This document shows positions 38,880 through 50,916 of a stretch of DNA of 64,000 nt, one piece after another. The DNA comes from Octopus sinensis (Eukaryota), in assembly GCF_006345805.1 (NCBI RefSeq), contig NC_043001.1:80600001-80664000 (forward strand), given 5' to 3'. The position numbers and the translations under genes are program-made. Each line of letters begins with the position of its first letter. Position 1 is the first letter of the stretch. The notes under the pieces were generated by a model. It was given only the letters and a program-made list of their open reading frames with translations. It was not told where the DNA came from and searched no databases.

Positions 38880-41800
38880 GGGATACACCGGGGGACGTTT
38901 AAAATGTAAGAACGATAAAACAGAGCTCTGAAATCTATCCACAAACATCGAAAACAAGGACATCGTATGGAGCCAAAGATTTACTAACAAAGGATTGGAC
39001 TGTACCCGAATAAGTAATACTCATTAAAATTTACTACTATTTTCGAAATGAAATGATGTATTTTGACTCGATATCATCTCCACCTCTAACACAACACATG
39101 TAAACATGCGTGAAACATTACGATCCCTCAACACCAGATCATCCCCGACCCCAAACACCATGTACAAAGAAACTACGAAGAAATTAAATACCACCGATAT
39201 TATTCAACCCAAGAATAACAATCGGGTGGTACGTACTTTAAACTTACAACACAAAATATACGAAAAACTACACGTGCAAAACAATGTGACAACAGAAATG
39301 AACGGACCGGTACCCTACGAAAATGACGACCATCAAAATAATGGGCCGGACGTTGTTCCTCATGTCCCGCAAATAAAACCCAAAAGACATAAATGGACAC
39401 GTGAGGAATACATTTCTATCCTACACGCATACTTCACAGCAGTGCTCTACCCAAAAAATGAAAACACAACAACACAAACATAAAATATGGAAAGAAAATA
39501 GCATAAATATAGACTTGGATACAGCAATGAATCCTAATGAACTAGCTAACGTACGAAGATACATTATGAACGCAAAAAAAATATCAGAAATAGGAATAGA
39601 ACATCTAAAAGAAAAAATACACCAGGAAAATGTAGATAGAAGTCACACAACAATGCCCAATAATATAAACACTGAAACAGTAAAACACGAAGACAAACGT
39701 AACATTCCCAACAAACACGATGTAAACAAAAAACAACAAACCCAGACCGTAAGGATGCATAATAATACACAACAAACAGCAAACAAGCATATAAATAAGA
39801 AAAAAAGCGACACAAAGCTAAAACCTGGAAACAACGAAGGGGAGCCTGATGATTATGATAATATAAAAAGTAAAATAGTCAAAGAACTGAAAACCACAGA
39901 GCTCAAAATGGACCACCGACCAAAAATCAAAATAGACGAAACAACACAATTATAAACAGCATAAACCTAGCCGTCACGGAACTAATAGCCAATGAAACAA
40001 AAAGCGATATCACTGAGCTAAATGACTTAGTATACGCAGCAGCCACTGCAGCCACAAAAGAAGCTGGATACTCACTCAAACCCATTCAAACAGTAGTACC
40101 ACCACCCAAACAAACCCTGTGGATAAATAACATCCAAAACAAAATTTAAAAAATGAGAAAAGATCTGTCGATTCTTAATGAAATCAGTAGACAATCAACG
40201 CTACTGATCAATAAAAAGAAAACAAAAATACTCCGCAAATATAACATCACAGAAAAAGATTTAGCTGAGATAAAAGAAAAGCTGAAGCAAGATATCCTTG
40301 CCAAAGCACAAAGGATCCGCCGGTACGAGAAACGCCAGCGCTTCTTTGAACAAAACAAAAAGTTCAACTCCAATCCCAAAAAGTTCTACCAAGAACTTGG
40401 CAAAAATAAAATAGAAATCACTGCAGCACCAACGGCAGAAGAAGTGGAAGAATTCTGGAGAGAAATATGGTCGGCGAACGAACAACCAAAAAAAACGGAG
40501 TATTAAAACAACAAACTCAGCATCTGAGCAACTTTGGACCCCCATAACAACTGAAGAGGTCACCCAGGCACTGCAAAGACTAAGCAGCTAGAAGGCACCT
40601 GGGCATGACAAGATCCCCAACTTCTGGTTGAAATATCTAACAGGAATGCGCAAAAAGCTGGCTGAAAACTTTAACAACATACTAGCAGAGCCAGAGACAA
40701 TGCCTGAATGGCTCACGAAGGGGAAAACCATCTTAATTCCCAAATCAAATGAAACAGCAAAACCAGAAAACTACAGACCAATAACCTGTCTCCCTACAAT
40801 GTACAAGGCATTTACTGCAGTGATATCGCAAAGGTTGAACAAACACCTGGACGAAAACAACCTGTTTCCACAAGAGCAGAAAGGATGTCGCAAAGGCTCA
40901 TATGGCTGTAAAGATCAACTAATGATTAATAAAGCCATAACTGAAGACAGCCACAGAAAGAAGAAAGGCCTCAGTATGGCCTGGATCGACTACAAAAAGG
41001 CGTTTGATAGCATCCCCCACACATGGATCCTCGAAACACTAGCCATTAACAAAGTAGCACCAACAATTATAAAATTCATTGGGCACTCTGAATAAATGGC
41101 AAACAGTGCTACAGCTACAAACAAAAGAGGGACTCATGAAAACTAAAGCCATCCCCATTAGAAGAGGAATATTCCAGGGAGATACGCTCTCTCCACTCCT
41201 TTTCTGCTTGGCACTGTCACCTCTATCTGATATGCTAAATAGAACTGGATGCAGATATAAATGTTACGGCAAAACGATCAGCCACCTTTTATATATGGAT
41301 GACCTAAAACTATACGCTGCAAATGACAAACAGCTGGAAACACTATTAAAGGCAGTTCATGGATTTACCAAAGAAATAGATATGAAATTTGGATTAGAAA
41401 AATGCGCCAAAGTAACCATGAAAAGAGGAAAACTAGTTAAGAGTAGCAACATCACACTAGATAAAACCAATGGAATTAAAGAATTAGACCAAAGCCAAAC
41501 TTACAAATACTTAGGAATCCATGAACTAGATAAGACACAACACACACAAATGAAAGAGAAAATAAAAAACGAATATTATAGACGAGTTAGATCAATACTA
41601 AAAACAGAGCTCAATGCTAAAAACAAGATAATAGGTATTAACACTTTAGCTCTCCCAGTTATAAGTTACAGCTACAATATCCTTAACTGGTCACTAAATG
41701 AACTGACCAAAATAGACAGGAAAATAAGAAAAATAATGACAGGATCTAGGATGCATCACCCGAAATCTGACATAGAAAGACTATATATACAACGTATAGA

Positions 41801-43138
41801 AGGTGGTAGATGCCTTATACAGCTGGAATACTACTATAAAATAACCATCATAGGACTGAAAAAATATCTACTTCAGAAGGAAGGAAAACTGATACAAATA
41901 GCGGCAAAACACAAGCAAAACAAAAAGCTGTTCTCAGTATTTAAGGAAGCTGACAAATACAAACAAGAAATCATACCACCTAATAAATATGAAGAAGAAG
42001 AAGAAGAAGAAGAAGAAGAAGAAGAAGAAGAAGAAGAAGAAGAAGAAGAAGAAGAAGAAGAAGAAGAAGAAGACGAAGAAGAAGAAGAAGAAGAAGAAGA
42101 AGAAGAAGAAGAAGAAGAAGAAGAGAAGAAGAAGAAGAAGAAGAAGAAGAAGAAGAAGAAGAAGAAGAAGAAGAAGAAGAAGAAGAAGAAGAAGAAGAAA
42201 CAACAAAAGCTACAAAACAAATGAAATCCAAACTAAAAATAGAACAGCAACGAACCATGATAAAACGATGGCAAGAAAAGCCCCTTCATGGTAAATACTG
42301 GACTAAACTAAACGCAAAAGAAATAGACAAAGAAAAATCCCAGCAATGGTTGAGAAGCTCAGGACTCAAAGCAGAAACAGAGGGATTTTTAATTGCAGCA
42401 CAAGACCAAAGCCTCCCCACCAGAAATTACCAAAAACATGTAATGAAAAGAAATATAACAAGTAACTGCAGAATATGTGGAGATGGACAAGAAACAATAA
42501 ATCATATTATCTATGGCTGCCCAGTCCTGGCTAAGAAGGAATATATTCACAGACATGACAGAGTTGGAACCTACATACACTGAAAGCTATGCCAACATTA
42601 TGGAATAACAACAGAAAAAAGATGGTATAGGCACACACCAGAAAAGGTCACAGAAAATGAGAAAGCAACCATACTCTGGGATATGTCGATACACACAGAT
42701 AGAGAAATTAAGGCCAACCGACCAGATATAGTTGTCAGAGATCATGAAGAAAACAAATGCTTTCTAGTTGATGTATCAATACCGGCAGATGACAACGTGT
42801 CTCTAAAAGAAATGGAGAAACTTTCAAAATACAAAGACCTGGAAATAGAGGTAACCAGAATGTGGAATCTAAAAACAGAAACAATTCCTATCATAGTAGG
42901 TGCATTAGGCATGATAAAAAAATATTCAGACAAATACATAACAAAAACAACACCAGGACTTACAAGCACATATAACATACAGAAAATTGCACTACTAGGC
43001 ACTGCACACATCCTACGCAGAACACTTTCCATACAATAACCATCAGAGCATCACAACAAATCACAGCACATACCTAAGACACACAGAGCTGCGCTCGGTA
43101 ATGAAGTGAAAGCACGGTATAAAAATAAAACTACTGAA

Positions 43139-43140
<2 letters not shown>
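38880..43140 (+). mobile_element. Apparently full-length R4/Dong-clade retrotransposon, family A, decayed
   Basis: N-terminal KWTREEY..LANVRR domain; RT motifs [42 protein letters not shown]; CRIC..H..C knuckle, RHD and RPD..D..KY endonuclease. Stops near 40147, 40588 and 42581 plus frameshifts. (TAA)n on both sides. Confidence 0.92.
41990..42199 (+). repeat. (GAA)~70 tract inside the family A ORF
   Basis: Lies between ..PPNKY and ..TTKATKQMKSK. One GAC interruption and a single-base loss near 42124 that shifts the frame from poly-Glu to poly-Lys. Confidence 0.95.
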
Positions 43141-43236
<96 letters not shown>

Positions 43237-43344
43237 GTAATGGTGATGGTGATGGTGATGGTGATGGTGGTGGTGGTGGTGGTGGTGGTGGTGATGGTGG
43301 TGGTGGTGGTGGTGGTGATGATGATGATGATGATGATAATAATA

Positions 43345-43938
43345 GATGCAGAACCAGGCAGTGACTCTCATAGATTTTGATCTTAACTGATTGGAAGTCT
43401 TATAATGGACATGTTTTGTATTGATATAAAGATGGGCTACAGCAAATATTCTGCTTAATACCACTGACTGTGCATCTCTGATCACAAACAGAAGTAGTGG
43501 GGGAGCATCATCGCCATGTGTCGAGAGGAATTCTTTGGGGTTTTAATAATTCACTCCTGGAAACATGAGAGTTTCATTCATCATTCTTAAACAAACTTTA
43601 TTCAGGAACTTTTGAGTGGGATGGCCAATACAATCTGAAGAAAATTCTAACTGGGCCCCACCTGCAAGGTCATACGCTGTTTATATTGATGTAAGATCAC
43701 CATGTTAGTTAGTTAGTTAGTTAGTTAATTTGGCTCAAAAGCAAATAGCAAGGCCATGTAGGGGGACATGGAGTTAAGTACAGGGTGGTGTTCATGTAAA
43801 GAGTTCAGGCCATGTCGCACACATATGGTGCTGATGCATGTGTGCCATTATCAGACGGGTAGCTATGATGGGTATATTAAGTTTCGTATATTTGTACCAC
43901 AGTGTCACTTTGATGGCATGCGCTGCTCTCTCACCCAA
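43345..43938 (+). mobile_element. Element C, near-full-length diverged copy
   Basis: Collinear with 44423-44980 and ends CTGCTCTCTCACCCAA(TAA)n. Carries a small deletion and a 104-bp insertion. Confidence 0.85.
43706..43809 (-). mobile_element. 104-bp 5'-truncated retro-insertion with (CTAA)n tail
   Basis: CCATGT is duplicated at 43700-43705 and 43810-43815; the intact C copy has a single CCATGT at this site. Confidence 0.75.
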
Positions 43939-44088
43939 TAATAATAATAATAATAATAATAAATAATAATAATAATAAAATAATAATAATAATAATAATA
44001 ATATAATAATAATTAATGATAATAATGATGATGATAATAATGATAATAATAATAATAAAATAATAATAATAATAATAATGATATAATG

Positions 44089-44158
<70 letters not shown>

Positions 44159-44160
<2 letters not shown>

Positions 44161-44444
44161 GCCCTGATGCAGTACCAGGCATGCCCTGATGCAGTACCAG
44201 GCATGCCCTGATGCAGTACCAGGCATGCCCTGATGCAGTACCATAAATGCCCTGATGCAGTACCAGGCATGCCCTGATGCAGTACCAGGCATGCCCTGAT
44301 GCAGTACCAGGCATGCCCTGATGCAGTACCAGGCATGCCCTGATGCAGTACCAGGCATGCCCTGATGCAGTACCAGGCATGCCCTGATGCAGTACCATAA
44401 ATGCCCTGATGCAGTACCATAAATGCCCTGATGCAGTACCAGGC
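44159..44444 (+). repeat. 13 x 22-bp tandem array of the element C 5' end
   Basis: Unit ATGCCCTGATGCAGTACCA plus GGC (10 units) or TAA (units 4, 11, 12). Confidence 0.95.
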
Positions 44445-44980
44445 AGTGGCTCTCATGGCTTCTGATCTTAACTGATTGGAAGTGTTATCATGTACATTGT
44501 TTTGTCTTGGTATAAAAGATGGGCTACAGCAAATATTCTGCTCAATACCACAGATTTGCTTGTCAGTTGTTTGACCTTAACCAGTTGAGCATGTCCCTTA
44601 GTGGCTGACGATATGTGCATCTCTGATCACGAGCAGAAGTAGTGGGGGAGCATCATAGCCATGTGTTGAGAGGGATTCTTTGGGGTTTGAATAGTTCACC
44701 TCTGGAAACATGGGTGGTTCTTTCAACATCCTTAAACAACCCTTATTCAGGGACCGTTTGAGCGGGATGGGCTACTCAACCTGAAGAAAATTCTAACTGG
44801 GCCCCACCTGCAAGGTCATGTGCTGTTTATCTTGATATGAGATCACCATGTCGCGCACATATGGTTGTGATGCATGTGCCTGGTGTACCTTTATCAGACG
44901 GGTAGTCATGATGGGTATATTGGGCTTCGTATATTTTACCCCAGTGTCACTTTGATGGCATGAACTGCTCTCTCACTCAA
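44423..44980 (+). mobile_element. Element C, ~560-bp non-coding interspersed repeat (reference copy)
   Basis: No long ORF and no A/B boxes seen. (TAA)n on both sides. Three other copies in the window. Confidence 0.85.
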
Positions 44981-45030
44981 TAATAATAATAATAATAATA
45001 ATAATATAATAATAATAATAAAATAATAAT

Positions 45031-47619
45031 AAACAAAAGGTATCTGCCAAAGCTGCCCGCATAGCGAGGTATGAAAAGCGTGTTAGATTTTTCAAGGACA
45101 ACAACATGTTCAAAAATAACACCAAGAATTTTTACAGGAAGATAGGAAAAACAGCGTTTACTGCAGGGTCTGTACCATCAAAAGAAGAAGTCCAGAGATT
45201 TTGGAATAAAATCTGGGCAGAAGAAAAAACACACAACGAAAAGGCCCCCTGGATTGACAGAATATCTACAGAACTGGACCCCTTAGAAGAGCAAAAGTGG
45301 GAGGGTGTCAAGGTAGAAGATATAAGATCTGCTCTCAGGAGGTCAAGCAAATGGAAGTCTCCAGGAAAGGATAAAATTCCTAACTTCTGGCTGAATGCCT
45401 TCCCAGAGAGCCATGAACTGCTAACAGAACTGTACAATGATGTTTTGCAACACCCTAGTAGGATGCCTCCTTGGCTAGTTAATGGGTTAACATTCCTGCT
45501 TCCAAAAAGTGAAGAAACAAATGAACCAAAAAACTATAGACCCATAACCTGCTTAACAACTATGTACAAAACACTAACATCTGTCCTGACTCCTAATATA
45601 CCTATAGTTTAACAGACAGCAGCATATTCCCTAATGAACAGAAGGATGTAAACGTGGATCCTACGGCTGTAAAGACCAACTACTCATCAATAAGATGATC
45701 TTAGAAGATTGTCACAAACGACACAAAAACTTATCAATAGCCTGGATAGACTATAAAAAGGCTTTTGATAGCCTACCACATAGCTGGAACGAAATGCCTT
45801 GAAATGTATAAGATAGCACCAACTCTGCGAAACTTCTTGACTGTAAGTATGAGATCATGGAGAACCACACTAACTCTGAACAGTGACAGTGAATCCCTAA
45901 ATGCTGGTGATGTAAAAATTTCGTGTGGCATTTTCCAGAGTGACTCACTGTCACCACTCCTCTTTTGTTTATCCTTAATACCTCTCTCAAAGCTGCTCAA
46001 TGACGCGCAGTACGGGTATAAAATGTTTGATAAAAATATAAATCATCTCGTTTACATGGAGAGCTACAAGTACCTAGGGGTAATTGAAGGGAACGGAATA
46101 AGGCATTCAGAGATGAAGGAAAGGATCAGGAGAGAATGCTATCGAAGAGTGAGAGCAATACTCAAGACAGAGCTGAATGCAAGAAACAGGATCGAAGCGA
46201 TCAATGCATTAGCTATACCAGTCGTGACTTACAGTTTCAATATTGTTAACTGGTCAATTACTGAAATATGTCAGCTCGACAGAAAAATAAGGAAAACTGT
46301 TGACAATGCATAGAATGCACCACCCTAAGGCAGATACAGAACGACTCTATCTGCCAAGAAAAGAGGGAGGCCGTGGTCTTTTGCAACTGGCAATAACAAT
46401 GAAGATTGCTACAATTGGCCTAGACCTAGCTGAAAAACTCTGAGGACTGGATGTTAAAACTTGTCTCAAAACATGAAAACAAGAAAGCATCATACTCAGT
46501 CACAAAACAGGCAAAGGAATATCTAAGTGAATTCCGAATACAACCAATTTCGGAATTAGAGATAGATATACAAGAAACAAGCACAGAAAAAGCTAGGCGC
46601 ATGAAAACCCGTGCCAAAACTGCGGCCTTAGATATTCTGAATAATAAATGGCAAGAAAAACCTCTCTATGGCAAATACCCAAAGAGAGCGAATAATGCAG
46701 ATATCGACAAAGCCCTGACCCATCAATGGCTAATGACCTCTGGCTTAAAATCTGAAACAGAGGGGTTTATCATAGCAGCTCAAGATCAATGCCTACCAAC
46801 AAGAAACTACCAGGCCAACATATTAAAGATCAGAAGCAGTCCAACGTGTCGTGTATGCCGACAACAAAATGAAACCATTGACCATGTGGTCTCCGAGTGC
46901 AGTCTTCTAGCGCCTACAGAGTATCTCAACAGGCACGATAGAGCTGCACAATATTCACTGGGTAATCTGTAAAAACCTGGATTTGCCCCATGAAAAAAAC
47001 TGGTGGGAACACAAACCACCCCCAGTGCTTTAAAATGACCACATCTCACTCCTCTGGAACTTCACCATTCAAACTGACAGGAAGATAGATGCAAATAGGC
47101 CAGACATCATATTGAAAGACTTCAAACAAAGAACATGCCTCCTCATTGATATGACTGTCCCAATCGATATAAACGTATCAGTCAAGACCTACCAAAAACT
47201 GAGCAAATATAAAGATCTTGAAATAGAAATCAGCAAAATGTGGAAGCTGAAGACTAAAACAATACCTGTTGTCATAGGTGCCCTGGGAATGATAGCAAAA
47301 GGGGCTGATAGCTACCTAACTCAGATACCAGGAAACCCAAAAATGGCAGAAGTTCAAAGATAGTGCTCATGGGAACTGCTCATATCCTACGCAAAATACT
47401 CTCTATGTAATCTCAAGGTTTAAAACAAACATAATTTTCGGTTTTTAAAAAAAAAAAAAAATTTTTTTTTTTTAGACATTCATTAGTACAACATCCCCAC
47501 CCCCCAAATATATGGCACACTAGGCATAACAACAACATGAACTTCCAACCCTGTTGTCTCTTGAGGTCTCTGGGTGAGACTTGGAGCCAACTTGTACAAA
47601 TATAAAGCAAAAGTCAAAC

Positions 47620-47622
<3 letters not shown>
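45031..47622 (+). mobile_element. R4/Dong-clade retrotransposon family B, 5'-truncated copy B1
   Basis: RT, CRVC..H..C, RHD and RPD motifs. Starts directly after (TAA)n and ends AAGTCAAACATA(TAA)n. Reads HLVYM|ESYKYLG, lacking the catalytic DD region. Confidence 0.92.
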
Positions 47623-47693
<71 letters not shown>

Positions 47694-47719
47694 TTTTCAT
47701 ATATTAGCACAACAGTTTC

Positions 47720-48003
47720 CGACAGGTGGAGGCGTCGATTACATCAAACCCACTACTCGATCAATAATAGTAACAATCATCCTTTCTGCTACATGCACAA
47801 GGTCTGAAATTTATTTTTGTGGTGAATGAGGAAGACTAGTCGATTTCATTGACCTCCCCGATCCAGGACTTGATGGTATTTATTTTATCGACCTCGAAAG
47901 GATGAAAATCAAATTCGACTTCGCAAGAATTTGAAATCAGAACGTAAAGCAGAAGAAATCCTACTAAGCATTTTGTTCTGTACGGTAACGATTCTGCAAG
48001 CAC

Positions 48004-48068
<65 letters not shown>

Positions 48069-48420
48069 GCCTTTCTACCTAAGACACAACGCTTGAAATT
48101 CTGTGGTGTGGAGGGACAAGTTAATTACATCGACTCCGATGTTTCACTGGTACTTAATTTGTCGACTGGATGAAAGACAAAGTCGACATTCGCGGCATTT
48201 GAACTCACAACGTGAAGACGGACGAAATGCCGCTAAGCATTTTGCCCGGTGTTCTAACGATAATAATAATCCTTTCTACTATAGAAACAAGGCTTGGAAT
48301 TTGAGAATCGGATGAAATGCAAAATCGACCTCGGCAGAATTTGAACTCAGGACGGAGCGACGGGCGAAATACCGCTAAGCATTTCGTACAGCGTGCTAAC
48401 GATTCTGCCAGCTCGGCACC
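47720..48420 (-). mobile_element. Three SINE-i copies and a fragment separated by (TAA)n
   Basis: Copies near 47780-48002, 48070-48260 and 48270-48420. Confidence 0.75.
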
Positions 48421-48431
48421 TTCATGATGAA

Positions 48432-48512
<81 letters not shown>

Positions 48513-48555
48513 TATTATTATTTATTATATTATTATTATTATATTATTATTATTA

Positions 48556-48604
<49 letters not shown>

Positions 48605-48636
48605 TTATTATTATTATTATTTATTATTATTATAAT

Positions 48637-49256
48637 GAACATAAGAGTTCAACTCCAACCCCAAAAATTTCTACCTAGAACTGGACAAAAATAAAATAGA
48701 GATCAATGCATCACCAACAGCAGAAGTGAAAGAATTTTGGAAAGAAATACGGTCAGCAAAGGAACAACCTCAGAAAAGATGTATCAAAATAACAAACACA
48801 GCACCTGAACAACTCTGGACTCCTATAACAACTGAAGAGGTCACCCAGGTACTGCAAAAACTAAGCAACTGGGTGGCACCCGGACACGACAAGATCCCCC
48901 AGCTTCTGGTTAAAATATCTAACATGAACACGTAAAATACTAGCTGAGAAATTTAATGAAATTCTAGCAGAGTCAAGGACAATGCCTGAATGGCTTTAGG
49001 AAGGGAAAACTATTCTAATTCCAAAATACACTGAAACAGCAAACCCGCAAAATTACCAACCGATAGCTTGTCTCCCTACATTTTACAAAGTCTTTACGGC
49101 AATAATATTGCAAACAATGGGCAAGCATCTGGAAGAAAATAACCTGTTTCCAGAAGAGCAGAAGGGATGCTACAAGGGCTCATACGGATGTCCAGATCAA
49201 CTATTGATCAATAAAGCCATTACTGAAGACAGCCATAGGAAAAAGAAGGGTCTAAC
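48637..49256 (+). mobile_element. Internal fragment of R4/Dong family A
   Basis: Collinear with about 40358-40972 (FNSNPK..FY.EL, TTEEVTQ, APGHDKIP, EQKGC.KGSYGC.DQL.INKAITEDSH). Truncated at both ends. Confidence 0.85.
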
Positions 49257-50481
49257 ATAACACCCCAGAAATTATTTCCAGTACTGATAGAAAATCTTAA
49301 CAAGTGATGTAATAGCACGGTGAACACAACAGAACACAGTATTGTCTTATGAAGACGTTGAAGTAAATTGGTTGCATAACGAAATACGGTGTCCCCTCAA
49401 GCCATCAAGAAAAACTATTCTCCGATGACGCTATTGTAAACAATTACCAACTGAATATGTATTTAGTCCCAACAAAAAGTACGCTGCTTGCCTTGCTCAT
49501 TATGCAAGGAACATGTTTATGAAATAACTGTGTTGGTTAAAGCAAGCAGGTCTAAAATACATAATCATAAACATCACTGACAGAAATCACGTGAAAAATT
49601 GCTGTTAATTTAAATGTGGAATATCGGTGTCAGAATTGCTGCCAAAAATAATAAAAGGTCCATGATGAAAAAATAAAAGGGAAAATCTGTTTTATCCTCC
49701 ACGTTACACCTCGCAACTGAAATAAATTTTCTAACAAGAAAATTTAGAAGATTCAGCAAATTTGCAGGCGTGGAGATTGGCATTAGAGAAATGTGTAACA
49801 GTGAAATGGGAATCGTGCTAATTGGTATCGACGCTCAATGAAAACCCCCGAAGGGATTCAACGAACATCTCGAACAGCAGCCAGCTAAACTATGTGCCAA
49901 AAAGCTGTAGAATATCGAACTGCAAACATTTTGAGTGTTCTTCTCGTTAAATAAAGTATCAGGCTTCTTGTCCATATCGTATATATATTTTTTTTTTTAG
50001 GATAAGACTTGTTTCATTATATATCGTGAAATGTGCGCAGCTGCAACAGTGATAATAACGATCAATATATGTACTTGAAATATCTATAAATTGAAATAAC
50101 CACGTGTATAACATTTATAAAGTATACGCAAAAGTAAACCAGCGCTAGCTGTAATATTTTGTTGCGTAGAGACTTCTCAAGAACACAGTCTTCCTTAGGA
50201 CGTCGTCAGAGTATCGTCAGTCGACAGTATTTCGACTTGATTTGGCCACCTCAATGACGAGCATGCCTAGATATCATGAATTAGGTCCAAATATTCATTC
50301 CGATATATAAATCGGCAAACAAAACATTCGCTGATTTGTTCAAATGAACAAATTATATCAATACACGCACTTGAAACAGTATTTGATTTGCATGTAAGAG
50401 CTCCTATTTTATTATGCCGGCTACAGCCTAATGATACCAGCTGCCAATAACAGTTTTTGTGGGTTGCGCCGAGTTGTGCCA

Positions 50482-50648
<167 letters not shown>

Positions 50649-50698
50649 GCAACAACAACAGCAATAATAATAATAATAACAACAACAACAACAACAAC

Positions 50699-50746
<48 letters not shown>

Positions 50747-50916
50747 TTATAGACCCAAAGAACATGAATTCTTTAACCAACCATTCTCCCACACAACGGA
50801 GTGTTGATGGTGGCTGTAGCTACACATAAAACAATGTCATTGATGATGATGATGGTGATGGTGATGTTGCTGATGATGGTGACGGTGGTGAAGGTGATAG
50901 TAATAACAATAATAAC

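Noticed and set aside
38880-39105. HDV-like ribozyme in the family A 5' UTR (known in some R2/R4 elements)
   Set aside because: I could not find the nested double-pseudoknot motifs by eye; a descriptor search would be needed.
43706-43728. (TTAG)n as an interstitial telomere repeat
   Set aside because: The unit is TTAG, not TTAGGG, and it is the tail of a TSD-flanked insertion.
44159-44444. 22-bp array as a CRISPR array
   Set aside because: No unique spacers, no cas genes and a eukaryotic context. The minus-strand ORFs over it are repeat translations.
49340-49410. ATGAAGA..AACGAAATACGGTGTC as a hammerhead
   Set aside because: C3 is missing, there is an extra base before stem II and there is no stem I.
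50215-50260. Minus-strand GGC/GTC-GAAA-TACT-GTC as a hammerhead
   Set aside because: The CUGANGA box is not recognisable.
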